Shown in pieces: positions 63,439 to 64,000 of a stretch of DNA of 64,000 nt. Both the position numbers and the translations under genes were made by a program. Below the pieces are notes generated by a model. That model searched no databases, was not told the origin of the DNA, and was given only the letters and a program-made list of their open reading frames with translations. This stretch comes from Octopus sinensis. Lineage: Eukaryota. Numbering within the stretch: position 1 is the stretch's first letter; the number at the start of each line of letters is the position of its first letter. The stretch is taken from the NCBI RefSeq assembly GCF_006345805.1, contig NC_043013.1:8680001-8744000 (forward strand), in the 5' to 3' direction.

Positions 63439-64000
63439 TAATAATAATAATAATAGTAATAGTAATAATAATAATAATAATAATCACCATCATCTGGAAG
63501 GTTCTTGACATCTAAGGCTGCTTGTTGTAATCTGATGGTAGGAGTTTTTTCCAACAGTCTAATTTGTTGTGTGTTTGTATGTATATGAAATAATAATAAT
63601 AATGATGATGATGGTGATGATGGTCACTCCCATTGATTTATTGATTTTGAGGCATGAATATTTAAAGGAAAATATAAAAGGGAAACGGGACTAAAAATAA
63701 AAGAAGCTGTGTTTATTTGCGATGGATGTGTGAATGTAATTTGAGTCCCGGGGTATGGATTTTGATCTTGCCACAAATTGGACAAACGTGTGTGTTGATT
63801 GCAGGATATAATTCTTATATATTGTTCTCTTACTTCAACTGAAATTGTTTAGATGCATCATGACACCTTTTATGCCATTCACACTGATCTAGGCAATAAC
63901 TTTCCCAAGATGTTTAAATTAATCCTTTCATATTATAAGCACAAGACCTGAGATTTTGGTGTATTTCCTTGGCCCTGGTGCTCAACAGGTACTTATTTTA

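Overview
AT-rich, repeat-dense eukaryotic genomic DNA. The SINE families and (TA)n/(AAT)n/(GAT)n load look like an Octopus genome; this is recognition, not a database result. The only host gene I can support is a + strand synaptotagmin-14/16-like gene: five GT-AG coding exons (24072-24351, 26948-27105, 46682-46871, 51234-51446, 53123-53223) join in frame to give C2A-linker-C2B-stop. Its N-terminal exons were not located. The rest is at least five SINE families, relics of LINEs (RTE, CR1-type, R4/Dong-like), Penelope-like ends, DNA transposons (mariner, Tc1-like, Tigger/pogo, hAT-like and TTAA MITEs, Helitrons), a U6 fragment and simple repeats. Most notable: (1) a 200-bp copy of the gene's own C2A exon enclosed in ~125-bp inverted repeats in the next intron, with template-switch-like junctions; (2) fold-back Penelope-like ends carrying hammerhead ribozyme folds (2965-3013, 23733-23770); (3) several other independent fold-back palindromes; (4) nested insertions datable from target-site duplications; (5) two R4/Dong-like 3' ends inside (TAA)n arrays. 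Repeat boundaries were read by eye and may be off by a few to tens of bases.
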